Shown: positions 24,067-32,000 of the stretch, one piece after another
How the letters are laid out: the number at the start of each line of letters is the position of its first letter
Numbering within the stretch: the stretch's first letter is position 1
Assembly: GCA_016210565.1 (NCBI GenBank)
Contig: JACQUA010000037.1
Span: 1-32,000, forward strand
DNA from: Chloroflexota bacterium
GTDB lineage: Bacteria; Chloroflexota; Dehalococcoidia; JACQUA01
Length of the DNA: 32,000 nucleotides
Direction: 5' to 3'
Notes under the pieces: generated by a model
Seen by the model: only the letters and a program-made list of their open reading frames with translations
Told to the model about the DNA's origin: nothing
The model's database searches: none
Translations under genes and position numbers: made by a program

Positions 24067-25683
24067 ATGGCTTACTACAAAGACCTCAGGGAACACATCA
24101 AGGCATTGGAGGCGGCGGGGAAGCTGGTCCGGATAAAGAGACCGATCATCAAGGAAACTGAACTTCATCCCCTGGTCCGGTGGCAGTTCCGGGGATTGCC
24201 GGAAGAGGAAAGGAAGGCCTTCCTGTTCGAAAACGTCGTCGACGTCAAGGGGAAGAAATATGACATGCCGGTGCTGGTGGCCTCGCATGCCGCCTCTCGC
24301 CAGGTTTACGCCATCGGGATGATGTGCAAGCCGGAAGAGATCATGGACCGGTGGTCCAACGCCGAGCTTCACCAGGTGGACCCGGTCACGGTATGCACGG
24401 GGCCGGTCTGCGAAGAAATATTCAAAGGAGACAGGCTGATGGAGCGCGGGTGTCTGGAGGAGTTTCCCATACCTATCTCCACACCAGGCATGGACAACGC
24501 GCCCTACCTGACGGCGGCCAACTGGGTAACGAAAGACCCCGAGACCGGCATCCCCAATGTCGGCAACTACCGCGCCATGTTGAAAAGCCCGACGCGCCTG
24601 GGCATCTGCTCCCTGGCCACGCAGCATCTCAGGGAACACTGGGACCGCTGCCGGGCGAAGGGGATTCCTTTGCAGGCGGCTATTGTCATGGGTGCTTCCC
24701 CCGCGGTAGGATACGTGGCCACGGCCAAGTTGCCCTACGGGACAAACGAGTTCAGAGTGGCCGGAGGGATTGCCGGAGCGCCACTGGAGATGGTCAAGTG
24801 CCAGACGGTCGACCTGGAAGTTCCCGCCACTTCTGAAATCGTCATCGAGGGAATAATGCCCACCGACTTCCAGGAGCGGGAAGCGCCGTTCGGCGAATAC
24901 ACAGGTTACATGGGCATGGAAGCGATCAACCCGGTATTGAATGTGACCTGCGTCATGCACCGGAAGAACCCCATTTACAACGCTTTCCTCAGCCAGTTCC
25001 CGCCCAGCGAAAGCAGCAAGCTGCGCCAGATTGGCACTGAGGCCGTCTTCTACAAGTTCTTGAAGCATGACTGCAACATTCCCGGCATCCTCGGCGTGTC
25101 CATCCATGAAAGCAGCGGCGCCGCCGAGTACATTGTCATCAGCATGAAGAAGACCCATCCCTCCCAGGCCTGGCAGGCTCTGAACGGCGCCGCGGCGTTC
25201 ATACCGAACGTTGGTAAGATCATCATTGTCGTGGATGAAGACATCGACCCGGCGGACCCGGACTCGGTGAACTGGGCGCTGAGCTTCCGCATGCAACCCC
25301 ACCGCGATTTGAGGGTCAGTCATGGCAAGGTTTCGGGGCTGGACCCGTCCTCCGCTCCCATGACCGATCCCAACCGTCGCTATCCGGGCGTCCAGGGGGC
25401 GTCGGTCCTTTTGCTCGACGCGACGCGAAAATGGCCCTATCCGCCGACTTCGCTTCCCAAGAAAGAGTTCATGGAACACGCCCGGAAGATCTGGGAGGAG
25501 GAGGGTCTGCCGAAGCTCACCCCAAAGAAGCCCTGGTTTGGCTATAATCTCGGCTTCTGGAGCACGGAGTATGACGAGGAAGCGCAGCTAGCACTAAAGG
25601 GAGAGTATTTCAAAACAGGGGAAAAGCTGGCCAAACGCCGGATAACGGGGGAGGCAGCCAAGAGCATGGGCGAGGGAGGATAG
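24067..25683 (+). CDS. UbiD-family decarboxylase, more canonical subtype
   Basis: LFENVVDVKGKKYDMPVLVASHAASRQVYAIGM, LEVPATSEIVIEG…EREAPFGEYTGYMG, HEDxD-like VVDEDIDPADPDSVNWAL. RBS GGAGG. Confidence 0.9.
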   Translation: MAYYKDLREHIKALEAAGKLVRIKRPIIKETELHPLVRWQFRGLPEEERKAFLFENVVDVKGKKYDMPVLVASHAASRQVYAIGMMCKPEEIMDRWSNAELHQVDPVTVCTGPVCEEIFKGDRLMERGCLEEFPIPISTPGMDNAPYLTAANWVTKDPETGIPNVGNYRAMLKSPTRLGICSLATQHLREHWDRCRAKGIPLQAAIVMGASPAVGYVATAKLPYGTNEFRVAGGIAGAPLEMVKCQTVDLEVPATSEIVIEGIMPTDFQEREAPFGEYTGYMGMEAINPVLNVTCVMHRKNPIYNAFLSQFPPSESSKLRQIGTEAVFYKFLKHDCNIPGILGVSIHESSGAAEYIVISMKKTHPSQAWQALNGAAAFIPNVGKIIIVVDEDIDPADPDSVNWALSFRMQPHRDLRVSHGKVSGLDPSSAPMTDPNRRYPGVQGASVLLLDATRKWPYPPTSLPKKEFMEHARKIWEEEGLPKLTPKKPWFGYNLGFWSTEYDEEAQLALKGEYFKTGEKLAKRRITGEAAKSMGEGG

Positions 25684-26144
25684 GAAGGGGGGGATGCGGG
25701 GGTGCCGGAAAGCGCTGAAATTATTTCCGCGACCAGATCAGTTTGAACAGCGCCTTATTATCCCGTCCTCTCCTCCTGGCATCTCGGGTCCCCCGTCGTT
25801 GAGACGAAGCCCGACGCCGGTCTACTCCCCCGCACACAACGAATATACTACGGAATGTGTTAAAAAGTCATAACAAACACCGCCCGAAATATCAAAACAT
25901 TATGACATTTAGCAAGCCGAATCGCCGTATTTGAGCCACGAATAAACGAGAATGAACACGAAAACGGTTTATCGGGGACACTCGAGTGAAAGTGCGCCGG
26001 CTTGAACGGTGACGACAGATAGGGCTCTGTTTTCCTCGAAAAAGGCTTTCTGGAGCGTATTCGCGGGAAATCGTGTTTATTTGTGGTTCCGTTTCCCTGG
26101 CGCTTGCCGCAGCGGCTCCTGACGGCACTTGGTACGGTAATTAG

Positions 26145-26720
26145 TTGACAGATGCTAAGAACAGCTCTGAGAGACCCGAGGCCGCCGCGGTAGACAGGCT
26201 TGTGGCGGAGCTGGCAGGCGAGGACGGCTTTGCCCGGGAGAGGGCCAGACAAGCCCTCGTGGATATAGGTGAGCCTGCCCTGGACAGCCTCATCAAGGCA
26301 CTGTCGGACAAGCGGAAACAGGTGCGGTGGGAGGCGGCGAAAGCCCTGCATGACATAGGGCATCTCAGGGCTGGTCCGGCCCTGGTAAGGGCGCTTGAGG
26401 ACAGGGAATTCGATGTCCGGTGGCTGGCGGCAGAGGGCCTTATTGTGCTGGGCAGGAGTGGCGCCATTCCCTTACTGGGGGAGCTTGTTGCCAACGCCGA
26501 CCGGTCCTGGTTGAGGCAGGGCGCCCATCATGTCCTGAACCACCTGGCGGGAGGGGATGTCAACGAACACCACATAATGGCCCATCCTATCGCAGAAGAC
26601 AAGGATCTCGGCGAAATACTGAAGCCCGTTGTGGAAGCGCTGGAGGATGTTGAGCCGGCGGTCAGCGCGCCGCTGGCGGCGAAGACTGCTCTGGATGCGT
26701 TGAGAAGCACCCGCGCGTAA
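26145..26720 (+). CDS. HEAT-repeat domain protein
   Basis: Repeated pattern ARERARQALVDIGEPALDSLIKAL / VRWEAAKALHDIGHLRAGPALVRAL / VRWLAAEGLIVLG. TTG start. Confidence 0.75.
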   Translation: MTDAKNSSERPEAAAVDRLVAELAGEDGFARERARQALVDIGEPALDSLIKALSDKRKQVRWEAAKALHDIGHLRAGPALVRALEDREFDVRWLAAEGLIVLGRSGAIPLLGELVANADRSWLRQGAHHVLNHLAGGDVNEHHIMAHPIAEDKDLGEILKPVVEALEDVEPAVSAPLAAKTALDALRSTRA

Positions 26721-26784
26721 ACCTGGTCTTACCCTGCTTGGACGCAGGAGAAGGCCACTGTAGCCGTTGCCAGTGGCCGTAAAC

Positions 26785-26909
26785 TGTCACCCTGAGCGAA
26801 GCGAACGGGTCTTTTGTTCCTGAAAGCACACCAGCGAAGGGACCTGTCCTGAACGGATCGAAAGGATTCTTCGACTCGCTCGCTTGCGCTCGCTTCGCTC
26901 AGAACGACA
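26785..26909. repeat. MITE-like element (copy 2) TGTCACCCTGAGCGAAGCG…CGCTTCGCTCAGAACGACA
   Basis: Shares both ends with 17591-17699 and 28015-28197. Confidence 0.7.
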
Positions 26910-27099
26910 TCCTTTGCCTAAATAGGGGGCAGAGGCAGGGGGATGCTCTGCCCCCAAGAAAAGTCGCCCGGCCAGTTGCAGCCCTTCCGGCTAGTAGAGG
27001 TTAGCCATCTCAGGCAGCGGCCGGTGCGACGGACCGCACTTGTATGGGCAAGTTCTCCCCCTTTTTCAAAGGGAGAAGAGGGGGTGGCGTGATGTGCAA

Positions 27100-27726
27100 C
27101 TAGACGAAAGACTGGAACCACTCGCCGACTTTCGGCCAGTTGACGATGTTCCAGAAGGCGTCGACGAACTTCGCCCGGTCGTTCTTGTAGTCCAGATAGT
27201 AGGCGTGCTCCCAGACATCGAGCGCCATCAGGAAAGGAAATCCGGCGGGGAAGTTAACGTTGTGCTTCTCAATCTGGAGGATTCCCAGTCTCTTCGAGTC
27301 GGTGCAATAGGTCAGGGCCGCCCATCCGGAACCCTCTACGCTGGTCGCGGTCACCGTGAACTCCTTCTTGAATCGCTCAAAACCGCCGAAGTCCCGGTTA
27401 ATGGCGTCAGCAAGAAGATTGTCCGGCTTACCTCCGCCGCCCTTGCCGGCGGGGGCCATGTTCTCCCAGAAAGTGGAATGCAGCGCATTGCCCCCGAGAT
27501 GGAACGACATTTCCTTGGCGACCGCCTTGTAGTCCAGATCAACGCCCTCTTTCCGGGCCTTCTCGAGCTTTTCGATGATTCCGTTGGCCCCGTTGACGTA
27601 GGCCTGATGATGCTTGGTGTGATGGATTCTCAGTTGCTCTTCGGAGATGTACGGGGCCAGGTCGCGGTAGCCATAGGGCAGTGGAGGTAGTTCGTAGAGT
27701 TTTGGCTTTTCCAGGGTTTTTTGCAT
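27100..27726 (-). CDS. sod: Fe/Mn superoxide dismutase
   Basis: [69 protein letters not shown]. Start at [16 protein letters not shown] (27726) rather than 27795. Confidence 0.95.
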   Translation of the reverse strand: MQKTLEKPKLYELPPLPYGYRDLAPYISEEQLRIHHTKHHQAYVNGANGIIEKLEKARKEGVDLDYKAVAKEMSFHLGGNALHSTFWENMAPAGKGGGGKPDNLLADAINRDFGGFERFKKEFTVTATSVEGSGWAALTYCTDSKRLGILQIEKHNVNFPAGFPFLMALDVWEHAYYLDYKNDRAKFVDAFWNIVNWPKVGEWFQSFV

Positions 27727-28014
27727 TAGTTCTCTCTCCTCTTCGCTGGGGGGCTGTCCTTGATTAAGTTGAACAATAAACCACGAAATTAGCACGAGAT
27801 TTTCACAAGTGCATAGCCCTCATTTCACTTATTTCTCGTGCTAATCTGGTGAAATTCTGCGGTTACGTAAGCACTCCCCGGTCACGCTATTACTTAGCGC
27901 AGACCTCTTTTGCAGTGCAGCCTTCGATAAATGTTAACAGGGTGCAGGTAAAATTATCATAAAAAAGTAAGCAAAAACAATACAAATGTATGAAATCTTG
28001 CCACGAAAATGGGC

Positions 28015-28197
28015 TGTCACCCTGTCCCGACAGGTTGGGACTCTCGGAACAGAGCATGCTCCGTTTCGGAGAGCCGGAGCCCTGAGCAAAGCGAAGGGGC
28101 AGTCGAAGGGTCTCGCGACCGCGCCCCGCCTCGAAAGAACTCGTCCTGAGCGGAGCGAAGGATTGTTCGACTGCGCTCGCTTCGCTCAAGAATGACA
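28015..28197. repeat. MITE-like element (copy 3)
   Basis: TGTCACCCTG…CAGTCGAAGGGTCTCGCGACCGCGCCCCGCCTCGAAAG…CGCTCGCTTCGCTCAAGAATGACA. The central part closely parallels copy 1. Confidence 0.7.
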
Positions 28198-28290
28198 CTT
28201 TTATCCTTGATGGTGCGCCAACGGCGCAGCGTGATTGATTCGAAGATTCCCCACCACAGGCGCGGAGACCGCGCCACCACGGATCGCTGA

Positions 28291-29592
28291 CTAGCGACTA
28301 TCGACTATTAACTCGCTTACCCTGTTGCCCAGCCGCACGCTGTAGTTGATGCCGCGGTCTTCGGGGTAAATCTGCGTGGTGTTTGCCAGGTAGAGACCGG
28401 CAATGGGTGTCTGGTGAGGAGGCAGCAGCCTGGAGTAGTTGACCGGAACAACCGGCTGGGCCGAGGGTTCACGGAAAAGGAAGCTCTGCTCCACCCAATC
28501 GTTCGTAAAGGCCGGGTTGAAGCGCGCCAGGAAGGGGGAAAACCGTTCCACGAGCTGCTTCTTATCCATTTGAAGCCAGGGACTGGAGCTGTCCAGGTAC
28601 TGGGGAAGGTAGACGATGTGCTTTCCCGCATAGTTTTCCGGGGGCATGAAATTGGTATGCTCCACCACCGCCAAGAAGGGCATCGATGGGTCGCCAACGT
28701 TTACCCAGTAGAACGGAGTCAGACGGTTCTTCAGCTTGAGCACCAGGCACTGGGCGGTCTGGTAGCTGACCGCCCGTAGCTTGTCGCGATAGTCCGGCGG
28801 CATTTCGGGTACCATTTCCGCGAAGCTATCGGAGGCTATCGTGGCGATCACCGCGTCGAAGGGCAGGCTGCCCTTGACGGTCTCGACCTCTGCCACCCGC
28901 CCGTCGCCAAGGGCAATTCGCTTTGCGGGGGTCGAAAGGGCTATCTTGCCCCCGCCTTCGTTTATCCGGCGGGCCAGACCGTCGGTGATTTGGCCGAAGC
29001 TGCCATCCAGGTAGCCCAGTACCTCATGCCGCATTCCTTCTCCCCGGGACCCAAGCCTGACATGGATCCTGCCCCAGAACCAGGCCATGGTGACCTCGCC
29101 GGCCTTTTCTCCGAACTTGCTCTGGAGGAGCGGCTCCCACACGACGCTATAGGCCCGCTTGCCGGCGTATTTCACGAGCCACTCGCGGGCGGGGATGCTT
29201 TCCAATGGTCGCCAGTTACGCTGGCGCTGCAAATACAGGGTGACCAGTCCCAGCCGCAGGCGGTCCAGGGGACTCAAAGGTGCGAAGCGGAGCAGGTCGC
29301 CGGGGGTAACGAAGGGATAGGTGCGTCCTGCGTGGTGGAAAGCAACCGTGGAAGGCAGCCATCGCAGACGTGGTCCCAGTCCCAATTCCTCGATAAGACC
29401 GATGACATCTTTGTCGCCCCGGAAGATGTGGTGGTAGAATCTTTCTAGGGGTGCGCCGTTGGCGTTGAAGGTAGCCAACTGGCCGCCGGGTTGGCTGTCC
29501 TTCTCGAAAACGGTGACCCTGACGCCTTGCCGGCATAGCCGGTAGGCCGCCGTAAGGCCGGCGATGCCACCGCCGATGATGGCCACTTCCAT
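28291..29592 (-). CDS. NAD(P)/FAD-dependent oxidoreductase (amine-oxidase/protoporphyrinogen-oxidase-like fold)
   Basis: N-terminal dinucleotide-binding motif VAIIGGGIAGLTAAYRLCRQGVRVTVFEKDSQPGG and C-terminal PIAGLYLANTTQIYPEDRGINYSVRLG. Confidence 0.85.
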   Translation of the reverse strand: MEVAIIGGGIAGLTAAYRLCRQGVRVTVFEKDSQPGGQLATFNANGAPLERFYHHIFRGDKDVIGLIEELGLGPRLRWLPSTVAFHHAGRTYPFVTPGDLLRFAPLSPLDRLRLGLVTLYLQRQRNWRPLESIPAREWLVKYAGKRAYSVVWEPLLQSKFGEKAGEVTMAWFWGRIHVRLGSRGEGMRHEVLGYLDGSFGQITDGLARRINEGGGKIALSTPAKRIALGDGRVAEVETVKGSLPFDAVIATIASDSFAEMVPEMPPDYRDKLRAVSYQTAQCLVLKLKNRLTPFYWVNVGDPSMPFLAVVEHTNFMPPENYAGKHIVYLPQYLDSSSPWLQMDKKQLVERFSPFLARFNPAFTNDWVEQSFLFREPSAQPVVPVNYSRLLPPHQTPIAGLYLANTTQIYPEDRGINYSVRLGNRVSELIVDSR

Positions 29593-29594
29593 GG

Positions 29595-31076
29595 CTATCT
29601 TCTGATTTCGAACGCAGCGACCTTGCGGAAATGATAGCCGTAGATGGCGAGACAGATGAACCTGGGAAGCTTGCGGGGAGACGCCAGCAGCGTCGTAATA
29701 AGCAGGGTCCAGTAATGCCTTCTCCCCTTATCTCGTATTCCCAGGAACCACATCGATCGCAGGACCGCCTTGACGTCGTCGGTTCGCAGGATGATGCCTG
29801 TCTTTCGCTGGGGTCGGTATTCTTTCAGAAACGTTCTGACCCTCTGGTAAAACTGTCCGGGGGAGTAGATCGTCTCCAGGATGTGCCTGTAACCGTCAAG
29901 AAGTGTATCGTGATTCATCCTGGGGATGAAGTTGAGCGAGCAGTTGCCGCCGGTAAAGGAGCCGAGCACGCGGTTCTCCCGGGTCAGGCGTTGGTGCAGC
30001 CTGGTCCCGGGCGCCGCGCTCAGAAGACTGACCATGGCGGTCACGATGCCGCTCTTTTGAATCAGGTCTATCTGGCTCCTGAAGATCGAAGGCGGGTCGC
30101 TGTCAAAACCAACGATAAATCCGCCCTGTACTTCCAGGCCGCACTTTTGAATCCTCTTCACCGAGGCAACCAGGTCACGGTTGCGGTTCTGGGACTTGGC
30201 GCATTCGTCCAGGCTGCCCTCGTTGGGGGTTTCAATGCCGACAAAGACGGCATCAAAACCGGCTCTGGCCATCAACTGCATGAGCTCTTGGTCATCAGCC
30301 AGGTTGACCGATGCCTCGGTGGAGAGGATGAAGGGATGCCTCCTCCTGGCTCTCCAGTCGATTATCGCCGGCAGTATCTCGGTCTTCAGTTTGTTCTTGT
30401 TGCCGATGAAGTTGTCGTCAACCACGAACAAGTTGCCGCGCCAGCCTTTCTGATACAGCGCTTCCAGTTCGGCCACAACCTGTTCCTTGCTCTTGGTCCG
30501 CGGTCTGCGCCCGTTCAACACGGTGATGTCGCAGAACTCACAGTCGAACGGGCAGCCCCGAGAGTACTGAATGTTCATCGAGGAATACTGCTTCATGTCA
30601 ATGAGAGACCAGAGAGGCACAGGGGTGTTGCTGATCTCCGGCCATTCGTTGCAAGGATAGGCGTGGCGGGCGCATCCCTTCTTCAGGTCTTCGAGGAACA
30701 GGGGCAAGGTGACTTCAGCTTCCCCGAGCACAAGGTGGTCTACCGCGGTGAATTTTTCGTGTTCCGAAGTAAACAAGGGGCCGCCGGCGACGGTTTTCAC
30801 TCCCATCTCCCGGCAGCGGGTAATGACCTTTTCCGCCGGATCCCGCTGCACCGCCATGGCGCTGATGAAGACATAGTCGGCCCAGCGGATGTCGGCGTCC
30901 GAGAGCCTGTCCACGTTGGTGTCTACCAGCCGTTTGTCCCATTCCTGAGGAAGCATCGCGGCCACCGTCAGCAAACCCAGGGGCGGGAAAGCCGCCCTCT
31001 TCGATATGAACTTCAGGGCGTGTTTGAAGCTCCAGAAGGTATCAGGATATTGCGGATAAACGAGCAGTATTCTCAT
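29595..31076 (-). CDS. B12-binding domain radical SAM protein
   Basis: Radical SAM motif SRGCPFDCEFCDI (CxxxCxxC). N-terminal cobalamin-binding-like domain FPPLGLLTVAAMLP…ADYVFISAM…VAGGPLFT…VLGEAE. C-terminal extension after ~aa 370. Confidence 0.9.
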   Translation of the reverse strand: MRILLVYPQYPDTFWSFKHALKFISKRAAFPPLGLLTVAAMLPQEWDKRLVDTNVDRLSDADIRWADYVFISAMAVQRDPAEKVITRCREMGVKTVAGGPLFTSEHEKFTAVDHLVLGEAEVTLPLFLEDLKKGCARHAYPCNEWPEISNTPVPLWSLIDMKQYSSMNIQYSRGCPFDCEFCDITVLNGRRPRTKSKEQVVAELEALYQKGWRGNLFVVDDNFIGNKNKLKTEILPAIIDWRARRRHPFILSTEASVNLADDQELMQLMARAGFDAVFVGIETPNEGSLDECAKSQNRNRDLVASVKRIQKCGLEVQGGFIVGFDSDPPSIFRSQIDLIQKSGIVTAMVSLLSAAPGTRLHQRLTRENRVLGSFTGGNCSLNFIPRMNHDTLLDGYRHILETIYSPGQFYQRVRTFLKEYRPQRKTGIILRTDDVKAVLRSMWFLGIRDKGRRHYWTLLITTLLASPRKLPRFICLAIYGYHFRKVAAFEIRR

Positions 31077-31328
31077 AGACCACCATTATACGATAATTCA
31101 CCGTCTCCATGCCGATGCTGAAATGACGAATGACCAAACGAATGACGAATGGCGAATCAATCAACCATGCGCCTAGGGCCACGCCATGAACGATGAAAAC
31201 GGACTGTCTTTGCGAGTCCCGATCAAGATCGGGACGACGAAGTAATCCCCTCCGCTGAGCGAGAGTCCGCTTCGCTGCGCGAGAGTCCCGACAGGTCAGG
31301 ACAAGGCGGACCAGTTGTCTGAACAGAC

Positions 31329-31484
31329 CGGGAGATTGCCGCGCTTCGCTCGCAATGACATGTTCGGGCCGGGAGATTGCCGCGCTTCGCTCGCAATGAC
31401 ATGTTCGGGCCGGGAGATTGCCGCGCTTTGCTCGCAATGACATGTTCGGGCCGTGGGATTGCCGCGCTTCGCTCGCAATGACAT
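31329..31484. repeat. Tandem array of a 41-bp unit (3 full copies plus a partial fourth)
   Basis: CGGGAGATTGCCGCGCTTCGCTCGCAATGACATGTTCGGGC starting at 31329, 31370, 31411 and 31452. Copies 1 and 2 identical, copy 3 has one C->T change, partial copy 4 has CGTGGG. Confidence 0.95.
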
Positions 31485-31520
31485 TTCACTATTCGTCATT
31501 GTGGTTCAGGCCCCGTGGAG

Positions 31521-32000
31521 TTAGGGCAGGGGTGAAGGGGCCCGTTCCGCGGACACACCGGCTGAATGCCCGGACCACCTGGGGAAGCGAGACCCACGGC
31601 TGGCGACCGGATATCTGGCCCTCTCTCCGGGATCCACCGCGGGACGCCCCCGGAAATCGCGGGCGAGGCGGACGTCCCGGCTCGGAGCGGACGCCGCATA
31701 ATCGAAGCCCTGGATGGTGCGGCGCTCGACCTTAGTCTTGAGGATGCTTTCGATGTCCCGAACCATGTCCATGTCGGCGCTGGTTACAAATGTCAGCGCT
31801 TCGCCGGTCTTATTAACCCGACCGGTACGGCCGATGCGGTGGATGTAGGCATCGGTGTTTTGCGGCATATCGTAGTTGATTACGTGTGAAATGCGGGTGA
31901 TATCGATGCCGCGGGCGGCAATGTCCGTCGCCACCATTATCTTGCACCGGCCTTCCCTGAAGGCGTCGATCGCTGCCTGCCGCCTCGATTGAGGCATGTT
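31521..32000 (-). CDS. C-terminal part of a DEAD/DEAH-box RNA helicase (continues past window edge)
   Basis: MPQSRRQAAIDAFREGRCKIMVATDIAARGIDITRISHVINYDMPQNTDAYIHRIGRTGRVNKTGEALTFV (SF2 helicase motifs V and VI). Confidence 0.93.
   Translation of the reverse strand, partial: NMPQSRRQAAIDAFREGRCKIMVATDIAARGIDITRISHVINYDMPQNTDAYIHRIGRTGRVNKTGEALTFVTSADMDMVRDIESILKTKVERRTIQGFDYAASAPSRDVRLARDFRGRPAVDPGERARYPVASRGSRFPRWSGHSAGVSAERAPSPLP

Noticed and set aside
23950-25479. 509-aa minus-strand ORF
   Set aside because: Fully antisense to the strongly supported canonical UbiD gene. High-GC shadow ORF with no recognisable domain.
12464-25683. Siderophore (enterobactin/bacillibactin-like) cluster
   Set aside because: Despite EntE-like ligases and an isochorismatase fold, there is no isochorismate synthase, dehydrogenase, aryl carrier or NRPS, and there are four UbiD genes.
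12464-25683. Ubiquinone/menaquinone biosynthesis locus
   Set aside because: Multiple UbiD paralogs and ligases but no prenyltransferase (UbiA) or quinone methyltransferases. UbiD/UbiX here more likely serve another pathway.
25860-26363. 167-aa minus-strand ORF at 25860-26363
   Set aside because: Overlaps the start of the HEAT-repeat gene. No recognisable motif, and starts within sense coding sequence.
31329-31484. CRISPR array
   Set aside because: Contiguous 41-bp units without unique spacers, and no cas genes in the window.
31042-31499. ORFs encoding MSLRAKRGN…CHCERSAAISRPEHVIASEARQSPG repeats
   Set aside because: They are translations of the 41-bp tandem/dispersed repeat in different frames. 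No protein evidence and a frame-independent repetitive pattern.

Overview
GC-rich bacterial window. Gene content and repeat style suggest a Chloroflexota/Dehalococcoidia-like organism, but this is inference only. The first third is housekeeping and accessory genes: ispE, a DedA/VTT membrane protein, an exonuclease-DinG fusion helicase, a standalone DUF120 (archaeal-type riboflavin-kinase-like) protein, a CCA-adding/poly(A) polymerase-type enzyme, a large secreted subtilisin with six PKD repeats plus a dockerin-like tail, and rnc. The most striking region is 12.46-25.68 kb. It is a same-strand cluster with four UbiD-family decarboxylases (three of a divergent 'PFFPEW' subtype, one canonical), two duplicated DhbE/EntE-like adenylate-forming ligases, a UbiX-like flavin prenyltransferase, a nitroreductase and an isochorismatase-fold hydrolase. 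This looks like a prenylated-FMN-dependent (de)carboxylation / aryl-acid activation locus of unknown substrate. The last part has a HEAT-repeat protein, Fe/Mn superoxide dismutase, a coupled FAD oxidoreductase/B12-radical-SAM pair and the C-terminal part of a DEAD-box helicase. Intergenic regions are packed with short palindromic, MITE-like and microsatellite repeats. Several of these sit exactly at ORF 3' ends and supply stop codons. No CRISPR array, tRNA, rRNA or complete transposase was recognised.
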